A stretch of 64,000 nt of DNA, taken from the NCBI RefSeq assembly GCF_009914755.1, contig NC_060926.1. One strand, given 5' to 3'. A model generated the notes under the pieces. It had not been told where the DNA came from. It worked only from the letters and a program-made list of their open reading frames with translations, and ran no database searches. This stretch comes from the human T2T-CHM13v2.0 reference genome, Homo sapiens. Shown piece by piece: positions 27,384 to 44,087 of the stretch (position 1 is the first letter of the stretch; every line of letters starts with the position of its first letter). The position numbers and the translations under genes are program-made.

Positions 27384-29199
27384 ATGAGCATCCACATAGG
27401 ATATACAAATTCTCTAACACTGGGCTCATTCTGAGATTTCTAACCAGAGAGCTGGTCCCCAAACCTCTAGGTCAACAATCTCCACCTTTGTTCTTGCCAA
27501 GTCACTGCCCAACCTGCCAAACCATCAGACATGCCCATGAATCAGGGTAGATCTTCATCTCCTTATCTAAGTCTCTTTTTGTCCAAACTGGTTAACGAGA
27601 TGTAGCAAACTGAAGGGAAGTGCACAGACCAGACCTTCACCTTGAATTGGAGAAGGGTCATAAAAAGGAGCTGTGCTTAACTTGCTGCAGCTCCACATAC
27701 TCAGGACAACTGGCATTAAACATGCGATGCTATTCAAAATACCCTAACCCGGTTGATGACTGCTAAGGATTAGATTTGGGACAATTATGTGCTAAAGTGA
27801 TTATTTTGTTGGAGACAATGGAGTGCAATGTCCTCTGAATATAATAAATGTTTCTACTATTAATCCTTCTGAAAAGAAGTACAACCTCTGGCCTTAAACA
27901 TTTGAGGCCTGGCTTTCTAGAAAAGTGGCTTTCTGCTTCCAAATGTAATCCACTTTCTGTTACATTGCATTGCCTCTCAAAATATCCCCAGACAAGGGAA
28001 ACTAGAGCCCACCACTAAAATATATGTTGGGACATATTCAAGTGCCACATAATTATACACTGAGAAAATATTTAACCACACTTTCAGGTCAGCATTTTTA
28101 TTTTATCCTCTAAGATTATTCAAATTTTAGAAAAATGAGAAGAATAGAACTGAGACCTTTTTGTTCCATTACTCCTAAATCAAGAAGACCTCACTATCCT
28201 TCTTCTTTGTGTCTCTTTTTTCTTTACTAAGAAATTTGTCACTCATGCTGTTCCTCTGACAATCAATTCATTGATCTTCACCATTCCACTCCAGGAATAT
28301 TTGAAATGCAAATGAGGTCACAGGTCTCTTTTCCATTAAAAAAGGGTCGTTCAGAAACAGTAAAATAGTGCAGTTCCATAAATCCTCCATCTTTCTAATA
28401 TGTGTACACACCAACCTTTCTTTTTCTTTAATTTTTTTCTCTTTGTCAGAGCAGAAAAATAAACTGCTAGCAGAAGCATACACTAGTTAGTCTCCCAAAA
28501 CACAGGAAATCACTATATTGAAAGAATCTTTATTCATTTGACTGAAACCCTTCAATTTCTTAGACACTAAACATCGGCAGACTTAGCAAAGCTCTTTGTA
28601 TCTATCATCTACTCATGCATCATTCATGTAAAAGGTGACCTGGGTCCCATTAGTTGACTAGCTGATCTGAATCTTTTGGGTTACTCAGATAAGTCATTTC
28701 TAGTGGTCCTGCTTTTAAAATTAATGGAATAGAACAGAGTACATGCTACTTAAAAGAATGCCCTGCTGGGAATGTCTCACTAAAGTAAGGCTAATTCTTT
28801 TCTGTATTCTGCCTTTCTTTCCCACCCTTATTTTTGCTTTCATTCCAAAGAACTGTATTTCTGAATTTATTTCAGATCCAGGAGTACAGAATATCAATGT
28901 CAAGGCCCCAGCTGGGACTCAACATACATGAATTTGAATCAGTAACCACCCTCTGGTACAAAGCCTCCTTCTCTCAAAGTGCTGTCTTTCTGCTCAAGGC
29001 GTTTGGTGAAGCCCCATAAGAACAATGACCCAGTCACTCCTTGGAAGCCCTGTTGATCAGAGCCTCATAGATAGTCAAGGCTTTCCCTATAACACCCTAC
29101 AGATCAGAGCAATTGTTCATTTCCTTATTTGCCATGCAATTATGACTAACCTCAACTGTGATTACAGCTTTTAAAATATATGTCTATGTCTTAGAGAAT

Positions 29200-29650
29200 T
29201 TAAATAAATGATCAATATCCTGTTTAAAAATTCTTCAGTGGTACCCCATAAATTTCAGTTCAGAGTTCAAATTCTGAAGCTTAACACACAAATTCCCTAG
29301 TGGCTGCCCTCTGCCTATCTTCCTACCATCATTTCCCACCTCTTCCATAGGTACATTTTATTTCTACCATCCTGAGCTACTTAACATTTTTCATGTTTCT
29401 GTACTTTTGATGTCTGGGATGTCCTCATCCTCCCACCCCATCTCTAATTAATTCTTTCTCATCCTATAATAGCAGTTCAAGCCTTATCTCCCAGGAACCT
29501 TTCCAAAACTCCCACTCTGATCTAGATATCCCTGCTCTTTGTTCTTAATGTTCTTGCACCTACCTCTAAGATAGTACTTATCATGCTATTGTGCAGTAAA
29601 TGCTAGTCCACTTACCTGTCTACCATGCTAGTTCAGAGCTGCTCCTTTCA
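29200..29650 (+). mobile_element. L2 LINE fragment
   Basis: cctgtttaaaaattcttcagtggtacccca..ttcaaattc..gctgccctctgcctatct resembles the L2 3' region. Confidence 0.55.
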
Positions 29651-32600
29651 CTAGTCAATGAAAGCATAACTTTTCGCCAATCAGAATCTAAGTGTTAAAG
29701 AAATGGCCATTGGGTCCACCTAGTATCTAAAATACGGATGGATCAACCTGACCAAGAATTGATGTTGCTTTTATCAATATCCTAATAACAAGATTTTCAA
29801 AAATTAACTATGGGATTTATCATATGGTCTGGTCCTAAAAACAACTCACGCTATTCAATTAAATTACTTATATGTAAAAACTATTTTAATATCTTTTTAT
29901 ATTTTGGGGAAAAAATTTCTACCTGCATTCTTCAAATTGCAATTGAATCCCTAGGAAATTGCCTTTAGCTGCTGTCTTATGATTTGATTGCCTCACTAAG
30001 AGCAAAACCACCTCCCTATTGAGGAATTATTTCAGTGTCCTATGTTTCATGCTATAATATCTTTCTTATGTCTTCTGATACAACAGTTTTTGCCTTGTTT
30101 TCAGCCCCCTCTATAATGGTAACCTCTTCTACCACTGCATGGCTTTCCTGCTCAATTTCCCTGTTAGTCAAAACTTGGTTACAAGTTTCAGAAAACACAG
30201 CTCAAACCATCTTAAACTAATTAAAAAAGAGGCAGGGATGATTTTCCTGGGACATGTAACAAAAATTTAGGGCACAGCTAGATTCTAAGGTTGAAATGAT
30301 GTCATCAGGAATCTGCCTTTTTTCCTGTTTGCTGATTTTATTCTCAGGCAGGGTCTGTAACAAGGAGAGGAGATGGCCTTGTCCATGGCTCCAGCTTTAC
30401 ATTGCCCTTTCAGATGGCAAATTCCATACAATAAACTGCCACTTTCCTGAGAGTTGAAGCAAAAATGCCAAGGGAAATCTTATTGGCCCAGCTTAAGTCA
30501 CATTCCCATTCCTAAACCACTCACTGTGGCCTAGAAAATGTGTTCTTTTGATTGGCTAGAGTGGGTCAAGTGCCTACTCCTGAAGTGAGTCAGTCAATCT
30601 CATTCGAAGTACAGGGCCATTATGGTAACTACAATGCAAAAACCTATAATAGAATCACTAAAAATAAAAGCAACAAATTAAAACATACTGCCAGAGATAG
30701 TCATGTAACCACAAAGGAAGATAGTATAAAGGAAGAAAGAAAGAGAGGAGTTATATAACAAACAGAAAACAAACAACAAAATGGCAGTACTAAGTCTTTA
30801 CTCATCAGTAACAACAATGAATGTAAATGGATTCAATTCTCCAACAATTAAAAGGCATAGAGCGGTTGAATGAATAAAGAGACAAGATCCAATTGTATGT
30901 TGCCTACAAGAAACCCACTTCACCTACAAAGACACAAATAGACTGAAAGAAAAGGGGTGGGAAGGATATTCCATGCAACTGTAAACCAAAAAAAGGGCAG
31001 GAGTAGCTATACTTAGATAAAATAGACTATAAATCAAAGACTGTAAAAAGAGACACAGAAGTTCACTATATAATGATAAAGAGGTCAATTCAACAAGAGG
31101 ATATAACAATTCTAAATATGTATGCACCCAAAACCACAGGTCCCAAGTATATAAAGCAAACATTAATAGATCTAAAGGGAGAGATACACTGCAATATAAT
31201 AATAGTAGGGGACTTTAACACCCACTCAGTAATGGTCTGATCATTCAGACAGAAAATCAACTAAGAAATATCAGAGTTAAACTTCACACTGGACCTAATA
31301 GGCATAACTGACATTTATAAAGCATTTCACCCAACTGCTGCAGAATACTCATTCTTTTCATCAGCATATAGAACATTCTCCAGAATAGACCATATATTAG
31401 GCCACAAAACAAGTCTGAAAAAATTCAAAAACGTGGGAATCATACCAAGTATCTCTTCCTACCACAAGGAAATAAAACCAGAAATCAGTAACAAGAAGAA
31501 CCTCAGAAAATACATAAACACAAAGAAATTTTAAAAACATGCTCCAGAACAAGCAATGGGTCAAAGAAGAAGTTTAAAAGGCTATTAAAAATTTTTTTGA
31601 AACAAATGAAAATAGAAATACAACATGCCAAAATCTATGGGATACATAGCAAAAGTACTATTAACAGGAAAGTTTATAGTAACAAATGCCTATATCAAAA
31701 AATTAAAAAGACTTTAGATTAAAAAGCTAATGATGCACCTCAAGGAACTAGAAAAGCAAGAACAAACCAAACCCAAAATTAGGAGAAGGAAAGAAATAAT
31801 AGAGATCAGAGCAGAAATAAATGAAATTGAGATTTTAAAAAATACAGAAGATCAATGAAATGAAAATTTGGTTTTCTGAAAAAATAAAATCAACAAACCT
31901 TTACTTAGACTAAAAAAGAGAAAAGACTCAAATAAAATCAGAAATAAAAAGAAGACATAACAACTGAGAACACAGAAATACATAGAATCATTAGAGACTA
32001 TAATGAACAACTATATGCCAACAAATTTAAAAACCCAGAAGAAATTGATAAATTTCTGGACACATACTACCTCCCAAGATTGAGCCATGAAGAAATAGAA
32101 AACCTCAACAAACCAATAATGAGTAATGAGATTGAAGCCATAATAAAAAGTCTCCCAGGGCCTAATTTCTTCACTGATGAATTCTGCCAAACATTTAAAG
32201 GACTAATACCAATTCTACTCTAACCCTTTCAAAAAAAATTGAAGAGGAACATCCAAACTCATTCTACAAAACAAGCACTGCCTTAATACCAAAACGGGAC
32301 AAAGACACAACAAAAAATAAAACTATAGGCCAATACTACTAATGCACATACATGAGGGAGGTGGCACAAGATGGAAGAATAGAAGGCTCCACTGACTGTC
32401 TCCTCCACGAGGACACCAATTTAACAACTATCTACACACACACACAAAAGAAAAGCACTTTCTTAAGAACCAAAAATCAGGTGAGTACTTGCAGTACCTG
32501 GTTTTAACTTTATATTGCTGAAAGAGGCACCAAAGAGGTAGGAAAATCAGTCTTTGCCAACTGATTGCCAACACCACCCCTTTCCCACAACCCCCAACCA

Positions 32601-34897
32601 TGGAAGCATGGTGCAGAGAGCATTTCTGTGCACTGGGGAGAAGAAGTGCCCAGAAACATTGTGAAGCACTGAACTTAGTGCTGTGCTGTTCTAGCAGAAA
32701 GTAAAATAGGACCAAATGCAGCTGATGCCTGCCCACGGAGGCGGCATTTAAACCAGCCCTAGCCAGAGGCGAATCACCAATCCCAGTGGTCAGAACTTGA
32801 ATTCTCACAAGCCTCACTACCATGGGCTAAAGTACTCTGGAGCTCTAAATAAACTCGAAAGGCAGGCTAGGCCACAAGGACTGCAACTCCCAAGTGACTT
32901 CTAGTGCTGAACTGGGCCCAGAGTCAGTGGACTCGGGGGCATATGACCTACTGAGACACCAGCTGGGGCAGCTAAAAGAGTGCTAGAATCAGCCCTCACC
33001 TAACCCTATGCTGCACAGCTCGTGGCTCCAAAAGAGACCCCTTCCTTCCACTTGAGGAGAGAAGCGGGGAGAGCAGGGAGAACTTTGTCTTGCATCTTGG
33101 ATAGCAGCTCAGCCACATCAGGATAGGGTACCAGTCAGAGTCATGAGGCCCCTTTCCAGGCCCTAGGCCCAGATGACATTTCTAGACACACCCTGGGACA
33201 CAAGGGAAACTGCTGCCTTGAAGGGAAGGACCTAGTCATGACAGGATTCACTACCTGCTAACTGAAGAAACCTTGGGCCCTGAATAACCAGCAGAGATAC
33301 CCAGGTACTGAGGGCCTTGGATGAAACTCTGAGATTTGCTGGCTTCAGGTGAGACTCAACACATTCCCAGCTGTGGTAGCTACAAGGCAAGACTGCTTAA
33401 GAGAAGTGGAGGGAAAAGAAAAGGGAACTTTGTCTTGCACCTTAGGTATCAGCTCAGCCACAGGAAGATAGAGCACTAAGCAGGCTCTTGAGGTCCCTTG
33501 TTCCAGGATTTGGCTCTTGGATGGCATTTCTGGACCTGCCCTGGTTCCTGGGGAGGCCACTGCCTGAAGGGTGAGTCCCAGGCCAGACAGGATTTACCAC
33601 AAGCTGACTGAAGAGCCCTTGGGCCTTAAAGGAACATCAGTAGCAGTCTGGCAGTACTTCCCATGGGACTGTGGTAGCACTGGCCATGAGGTGAGGCTCC
33701 TCTGCCTTCAGAAAGCATAGGAAAGAGTGAGAAGGACTGCATCTTGTGATTTGAGTGCCAGGTCAACTGCAGTATAATAGAACACCAGGTAGACATTTAA
33801 GGTTTTTTACTCTAATCTCTGGCTCCTGGATGTCACCTCTGGACCTGCCCAGGACCTGGAGGAATTCATTGCCCTGAAGGGAAGGACACAGGCCTGACTG
33901 GTTTTGCCACCTGCTGATTGTAGAACCCCAGGGCCTTGAGTGAAGATAGACAGTAGCCAGGGAGTAGTTACCGTAGGCCTTGGAAAAGACTCATTGCTAT
34001 GCTGGCTTCAGGTCTGACCCAGTGTAGTCTAAGTGGCCATGGTCCCAGAGGGGCTTGTGTCATTCCACCCCCAGCTCCAGGTGGCTCAGCACAGAGAGAG
34101 ACTCCATTTGTTTGGAAGAAAGTAAGAGAAGAAAACAAGTCTCTGCCTGATAATCCAGAGAATTCTTCCAGATCTTACCTAAGACTGCCAAGGTGGTACC
34201 TCTCTGAGTCTGCAAGAACCACAGTGTTACTGGGCTTGGGATGCCCCCTAAAGCAGATACAGCTTAGACTATAACACCCAAATCCTTTTGAATAGGACTT
34301 CCCAAGAAGGATGAGTACAAACAAGCCCAGACAGTGAAGGCTACAATAAATACCAAACTCTTCAATGCCCAGGCACAGATGAACATCTACAAGTATCAAG
34401 ACCATCCAGGAAAACATGACCTCACCAAATGAACTAAATAAGGTACCAAGAAGAATCCTGGAGAAGGAGAGATGTGCGACCTTACAGACAGAGTATCCAA
34501 AACAGCTGTTTTGAAGAAACTCAAAGAAATTCAAGATAACACAGAAAAGGAATTCAGCATTCTATCGAATAAACTTAACAAAGAGATTGAAATAATTAAA
34601 AAGAATCAAGCAGAAATTCTGGAGCTGAAAAATACAATTGGCATATGGAAGAATGCATTAGAGTCTTTTTTATTTCTTTTACTTTAAGTTCTGAGATACA
34701 TGTGTAGAACCTGCAGGTTTGTTACATAGTTATATATGTGCCATGGTGGTTTCCTGCACCTATCAACCCGTCATCTAGGTTTTAACCCATGCATGCATCA
34801 GGTATTTGTCCTAATGCCCTCCCTCCCCTTGCCCCCCATCCCCCAATGGGCCCCAGTGGGTGATGTTCCCCTCCCTGTGCCCATGGGTTCTCATTGT

Positions 34898-37447
<2,550 letters not shown>

Positions 37448-37507
37448 GATGCCACCTGGTTATTTTGCACATTAGTTGATGCAGTTTCTTTACAGTGTCA
37501 TTGGTCT

Positions 37508-38522
37508 TTATATTTTGGTGTGTTTTTGCAGTGGCTGAAACCAGTTTTGTCTTTTTATATTTAGTGCTTCCTTCAGGAGCTCTTGTAAGGCAAGCCTGGT
37601 GGTGACAAAATCCCTCAGCATTTGCTTGTCTGTAAAGGATTTTATTTCTCCTTCGCTTATGAAGCTTAGTTTGGCTGGATATGAAATTCTGGGTTGAACA
37701 TTCTTTTCTTTAAGAATGTTGAATATTGGTCCCCACTATTTTCTGGCTTATAGGGTTTCTGCAGAGATCCACTGTTAGTCTGATGGGCTTCCCTTTGTAG
37801 GTAACCTGACCTTTCTTTCTGGCTGCCCTTAACATTTTTTCCTGCATTTCAACCTTGGAGAATCTGATGATTACGTGTCTTGAGGTTGCTCTTCTCGAGG
37901 AGTATCTTTGTGGTGTTCTCTGTATTTCCTGAATTTGAATGTTGGCCTGTCTTTCTAGGTTGAGGAAGTTCTAAATAACATCCTGAAGTATGTTTTCCAA
38001 CTTGGTTCCATTCTCCCCGTCACTTTCAGGTACACCAATCAATCATAGGTTTGGTCTTTTCACATAGTCCCATATTTCTTGGAGGCTTTGTTCATTCCTT
38101 TTCATTTTTTTTCCTCTAATCTTGTCTTCATGCCTTATTTCAGTAAGTTGATCTTCAATCTCTGATATCATTTCTTCTGCTTGATTGATTATTGATACTT
38201 GGGTATGCTTCATGAAGTTCCTCTGCTGTGTTTTTCAGCTCTATCAGGTCATTTATGTTCCTCTCTAAACTGGTTATTCTAATAGCAGTTCCTGTAACCT
38301 TTTATCAAGGCTCTTAGCTTCCTTGCATTGGGTTAGAACTTGTTCCTTTAGCTCAGAGGGGTTTGTTATTACCCAACTTCTGAGGCCTACTTCTGTCAAT
38401 TCATCAATCTCATTCTCCATCCAGTTTTGTGTCCTTGTTGGAGAGAAGTTGTGATCCTCTGGAGGAGAAGAGGCATTCTGGTTTTTGGAATTTTCAGCAT
38501 TTTTGCACTGGTTTTTCTTCAT
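37508..38522 (-). pseudogene. L1 ORF1p remnant
   Basis: MKKNQCKNAENSKNQNASSPPEDHN..WMENEIDELTEVG (ORF 38274-38528); later frameshifts. Confidence 0.88.
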
Positions 38523-39227
38523 CTTCATGGATTTATCTACCTTTGATCTTTGAGGCTGATGACCTTTGGATGGGGTTTTTGTGTGGGAGTCCTTTATGTT
38601 GATGTTGATGTTGTTGCTTTCTGTTTGTTAGTTTTTCTTCTAATAGTCAGGCCCCTTTTCTACAGGTCTGCTGCAGTTTTCTGGGGGTCCACTCCAGACC
38701 GTGTTTGCCTGGGTATCCCCAGCGGAGGCTGCAGAACAGCAAAGATTACTGCCTGCTCCTTCTTCTGGAAGCTTCATCCCAGAGGGGCACTGGCCTGATG
38801 CCAGCCAGAGTTCTCCTGTATGAGGTGTCTGTCAACCCCTGTTGGGAGGTCTCTCCCAGTGAGGAGGAACAGGAGTCAGGGATCCACTTGAGGAGGCAGT
38901 CTGTCCCTTAGCAGAGCTGGTGTGCTGTGCTGGGAGAATCCCTCTTGTCAGGATCAGCTGGTCTCTTCAGAGCCAACAGGCAGGAACGATAAAATCTGCT
39001 GAAGCTGCACCCACAGCTGCCCCTTCCCCCAGGTGCTCTGTCCCAGGGAGATGGGGGTTTTGTTTGTAAGCCCCTGACTGGGGCTGTTACCTTTCTTTCA
39101 GAGATGGCCTGCCCAGTGAGGAGGAATCTAGAGAAGCAGTCTGGTCACAGCCACTTTGCCACGCCTAACCCAGACCTCCCAGCCTCCTTAGCACTGTCAG
39201 GAAAAACCACCTACTAACGCCTCAGTA

Positions 39228-39446
39228 ATGGCAGACACCCCTCCCCCCATCAAGTTTAATCATCCCAGGTTGACTTCAGACTGCTGTGCTGGCAGCAAGA
39301 ATTTCAAGTCAGTGGTTCTTAGCTTGCTGGGCTCCATGGGAGTTGGACCTGCTGAGCGAGACCACTTGGCTCCCTGGCTTCAGCCCCCTTTCCAGGGGAG
39401 TGGACAGCTCTGTCTTGCTGGGGTTCCAGGCACTACTGGGATATGA
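39228..39446 (+). CDS. ORF0-like antisense ORF in the L1PA8 5'UTR (72 aa; expression unknown)
   Basis: MADTPPP..LTSDCCAGS..SMGVGPAE resembles L1HS ORF0 (MAGAPPP..LISDCCASN..SVGVGPSE, from memory); ATG context gtaATGg. Confidence 0.5.
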   Translation: MADTPPPIKFNHPRLTSDCCAGSKNFKSVVLSLLGSMGVGPAERDHLAPWLQPPFQGSGQLCLAGVPGTTGI

Positions 39447-40619
39447 AAAAATACTCCTGCAGCTAGCTCAGTGTCTGCCCACACAGCTGCCCAGTTTTGT
39501 GCTTGAAACCCAGGGCCCTGGTGGTGTAGGCACACGAGGGGATCTTCTGATCTGCAGATTGCAAAAACCGTGGGAAAAGCATAGTAACCCGGCCAGGTAG
39601 CACAGTCCCTCACAGCTTCCCTTAGTTTGGGGAGGGAGGTACCTGGCTCCTTGCACTTCCTGGGTGAAGCAACACCCCACCCTGCTTCTGCTCACCCTCC
39701 ATGGCTACACCCACTGTGTAACCAGTCCCATTGAGATGAACTTGGTACCTCAGTTGAAAATGCAGAAATCACCAGCCTTCTACATTGGTCTCACTGGGAG
39801 CTGCAGACCTATTTAGCCATCTTGGCCCCTCCCTCTGCATTAGAGTCTTTTAAAAGCAGAATCAATCAAGCAGAAGAAAGAATTAGTGAGCTTGAAGAAA
39901 GGCTGTTTGAAAATATACAGTCAGAGAAGACAAAAGAAAAAATAAGAAACAATGAAGCATGTCTATGGAATCCAGAAATAGTCTCAAAAAAACAAATCTA
40001 AGAGTTATTGGCCTTAAAGAAGAGGTAGAGAAAGAAATGAGGATAGAAAGTTTACTCAAAGTGAAAATAAGAAAACTTCCCAAGCCTAGAGAAAGATAAC
40101 AATACCAATCACAAGAAGGTTATAGAACTTCAAGCAGATTTAACCCAAAGAAGACTACCTCAAGGCATTTAATAATCAAACTCCCAAAGGTCAAGGATAA
40201 AGAAAGTATCCTAAAAGCAGCAAGAGAAAAGAAACAACATACAATGGAGCTCCAATATATCTGGCAGCAGACTTTTCAGTGGAAAAGTCTGACCTTATAG
40301 GCCAGGAGACGGTGGCATGACATATTTAAAGTGCTGAAGGAAAAAAACTTTTACCCTAGAATAGCATATCTGGCAAAAATAACCTTCAAACATGAAGGAA
40401 AACTAACAACTTTCCCAGACAAACAAAAGCTGAGGGATTTTATCAACACCAGACCTGTCCTACAAGAAATCTTAAAGGGGCTTCTTCAATCAGAAAGAAA
40501 TGGACATTAATGAGCCATAAGAAATTGTCTGAAAGTACAAAACTGATGTACATACATGCAAAAATCCTCAACAAAATACTAGTAAACTGAACTCAACAAC
40601 ACATTAAAAAGATCATTCA

Positions 40620-40919
<300 letters not shown>

Positions 40920-42597
40920 TCATTCGCCAGAATCAAGTAGAATTCATCCCAGGCATGCAAGGATAGTTCAACATAAGCAAATCAATAAACATGGTACATC
41001 ACATTAACAGTACCAAGAACAAAAATTATATGATTATTTCCATAGATGACAAAAAAGCATTTGATAAAATTCAACATCTCTTTATGATTAAAAAAAAACC
41101 CTCATAAAATGGGTTTAGAAGGAACATACCTCAAAATAATAAAGGCCATATATGACAAACCCACAGCTAATATCATACTGAATGGGGAAAAAATTGAAGG
41201 ACTTTTCTCTAAAATCTGTAATAAAAAGAATGTCATTTTCGTTTATTATTATACTAGAAGTCCTGGCCAGAGCAATTAGCCAAAAGAAAGAAATAGGCTT
41301 CCAAACTGGAAAGGGAAATGTCAAATTAGTCTTGTTCACAGATGACAGGAGCATCTACTTAGAAAAATCTAAAGACTCCACAAAAAAACTGTTATAACTA
41401 ATAAATAAATTCAGTACAGTTGCAGGATACAAAATCAACATCCAATATCAGTAGCATTTATATATACCAAAAGCAAACAATCTGAGAAAGAAATAAATAA
41501 AGCAATCCCATTTATGATAGCTACAAAGAATATAAAATACCTAGAAATCAATTTAACCAAAGAAGTGAAAGATCTATACAAGGAAAGCTATAAAACACTG
41601 ATGAAAGAAATTGAAGAAGACACAAAGCAATGGAAAGATATTCCATATTCCTGGATTAGAAGAATTAGTATTGTTACAATGACCATACTACCCAAAACAA
41701 TTTACAGATTAAATGCAATCCTTATCAAAATACTAATGACATTATTCACAGAAATAGAAAAAAATCTAAAATTTGTATGGAACCACAAGAGACCCAGAAT
41801 AACCAAAGCAATCCTGAGCAAAAAGAACAAAGCTGGAGGTATTATGTTACCTGACTTCAAAATATATTACAAAGCTATAGTAACCAAAACAGTATGATGC
41901 TGGCATAAATACAGACACATTGATCAATGGAACAAAATAAGGAACTCAAAAATAAATCCACATATCTACAGCCAACTGGTTTTTGCCAAAGTGCCAAGAA
42001 AATAAACTGGAGAAAAGACAGTCTCTTCAATAAATGGTGTGGGGAAAACTGGGTATCCATATACAGAGGAATGAAATGATATCCTATCTCTCATCATACA
42101 CAAAAATAAAATCAAAATAGACTAAAGACTTATCTAAGAACTGAAACTATGAAACTACTAAAAGAAAACATTGGGTAAATGCTCCCAGACATTGGTCTAG
42201 GCAAAGATTTTTTGTGTAAGACCTTAAAAGCACAGATAATAAAATAAAAAATAGACAAATGGGATCACATCAAGCTAAAAAGCTGCCGCACAGCAAAGGA
42301 AACAATCAAAAAAGTAAAGAGACAACCCACAGAATGGAAGAAAATATTTGCAAACCATCCATTTGACAAGGAATTAATAACCAGAATACATGAGGAGCTT
42401 GAACAACTCAATAACAAAAAAAAAAGATCCAATTTAAAAATGGGCATAAGATCTGAATAGGCATTTCTCAAAAGATGACATACCAAATGGCCAACAGGTA
42501 TATGAAAAAATGCTCAACATTCTAATCATCAGAGAAATGCAAATCAAAACCACAATGAGATATCATCTCATCTCACCCCAGTTAAAATGGCTTTAAA

Positions 42598-42622
42598 AAG
42601 AGAGAGAGAGAGAGAGAGAGAG
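42598..42622. repeat. (GA)n microsatellite within L1
   Basis: agagagagagagagagagagagagg. Confidence 0.9.
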
Positions 42623-43621
42623 GCAATAAAGATGCTGGCAAGGATGTACAGAGAAGGGAACTCTTGTACCCTGTTGGTGGGAATGTTAACTGGTGCAGCC
42701 ACTCTGGAGAACAGTACAGAGCTTCCTTAAAAAACTAAAAATGGAACTACATATGGTCCAGCAATTCCATTACTGGGTATATATCCAAAAGAAAGGAAAA
42801 CAATATATCAAAGAGACATCTGCACCTCCAATGCAGCTCTATTTGCAATAGCCAAAATATCAATAGATAAAAAGATAAAGAAAATGTGGTGTATGTATAC
42901 AAAATTGAACAGTATTTAGACATAAAAAAGAACTAAATCTTCTCTTTATAGCAACATGAATAAAACTGGAAGTCACTTGTAAAGTGAAGTAAGCCAAGTA
43001 CAGAAAGACAAATATTCCACGTTCTCACTCATGAGAAAGCTTAAAAAGTTGATCTCATAAAGATAGAGTAGATTAGTGGTTACCACAGGCTGGGAAGGGT
43101 AGGGGTGAGGGGGATGAAGAGAAGTTGATTAAGGGGTTCAAATACACAGTTTGACAGAAAAAATAAGATCTAGTGTTCAATAGATCAGCAGGATGATTAT
43201 ACCTCACAATAATTTATTGTACATTTCAAAATAGGCAGAACGGAGTAATTCAAATGTTTCTAGCATCAAGAAAAGACAAATGTTTAAGGTAATGGATATC
43301 TCAAGTACACTGATTTGATCTTTCAAATTATATGAATATATTATCACATGTATCCCCAAACTATGTATATCTATTATGCACCAATTAAAAAAACAAAAGA
43401 ACAACAAGAACAAAAAAAAGTGCAGGGCCAAGAATCTCCACAAGACCAAGGAATTTTATTACCAGAAAAAAGGAGAAAGAAAAAGCACGCTGGGCAGAAC
43501 AAAACAAGAGACAGATCCTATTTCCCTTCCTCAGCAGTGCTTTGAGAAATATAAAGAAAGAACATTCCTTAGTACCTTCCAAACATTTCTACCAAGCTCT
43601 TCTAATAACAGAAGAGAATTA

Positions 43622-44085
43622 CAGTTGGCCCTCTGTATCTGTGGGCTCAGCATCCATAGATTCAACCAACCATAGATAAAAAATATGCAGAAAAGAAAAA
43701 TATGGGAATTCATTTTCTTATCATTATTCCCTAAACGATATGGTATAACAACTATTTTCACAGCATTTATACATTTATTTATACATTGTATAGATGCTAT
43801 GTAAATAGTTATACATTGTATAAATAAATGTATAATTGTATAAATGTATACATATGATACATTTATACATTGTATTTCTTGTCTAAACAATATGGTATTA
43901 ACAACTATTACAAGCATTTAGATTTTATTAGGTATTATAAGGAACCTAGAGATGGTTTAAAGTATATGGGAAGATATGCATAGGATATACACAAATACTA
44001 TGCCATCTTATATAAGGGACCTGAGCATTCCACAGGGTTGGGGTGTTCCTGGAACTGATACCCCATGGATACTGAAGTATGACTG
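43622..44085 (-). mobile_element. MER2 DNA transposon, complete, with internal rearrangement
   Basis: TIRs cagttggccctctgtatctgtggg / ccccatggatactgaagtatgactg with TA on both sides. Confidence 0.88.
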
Positions 44086-44087
44086 TA

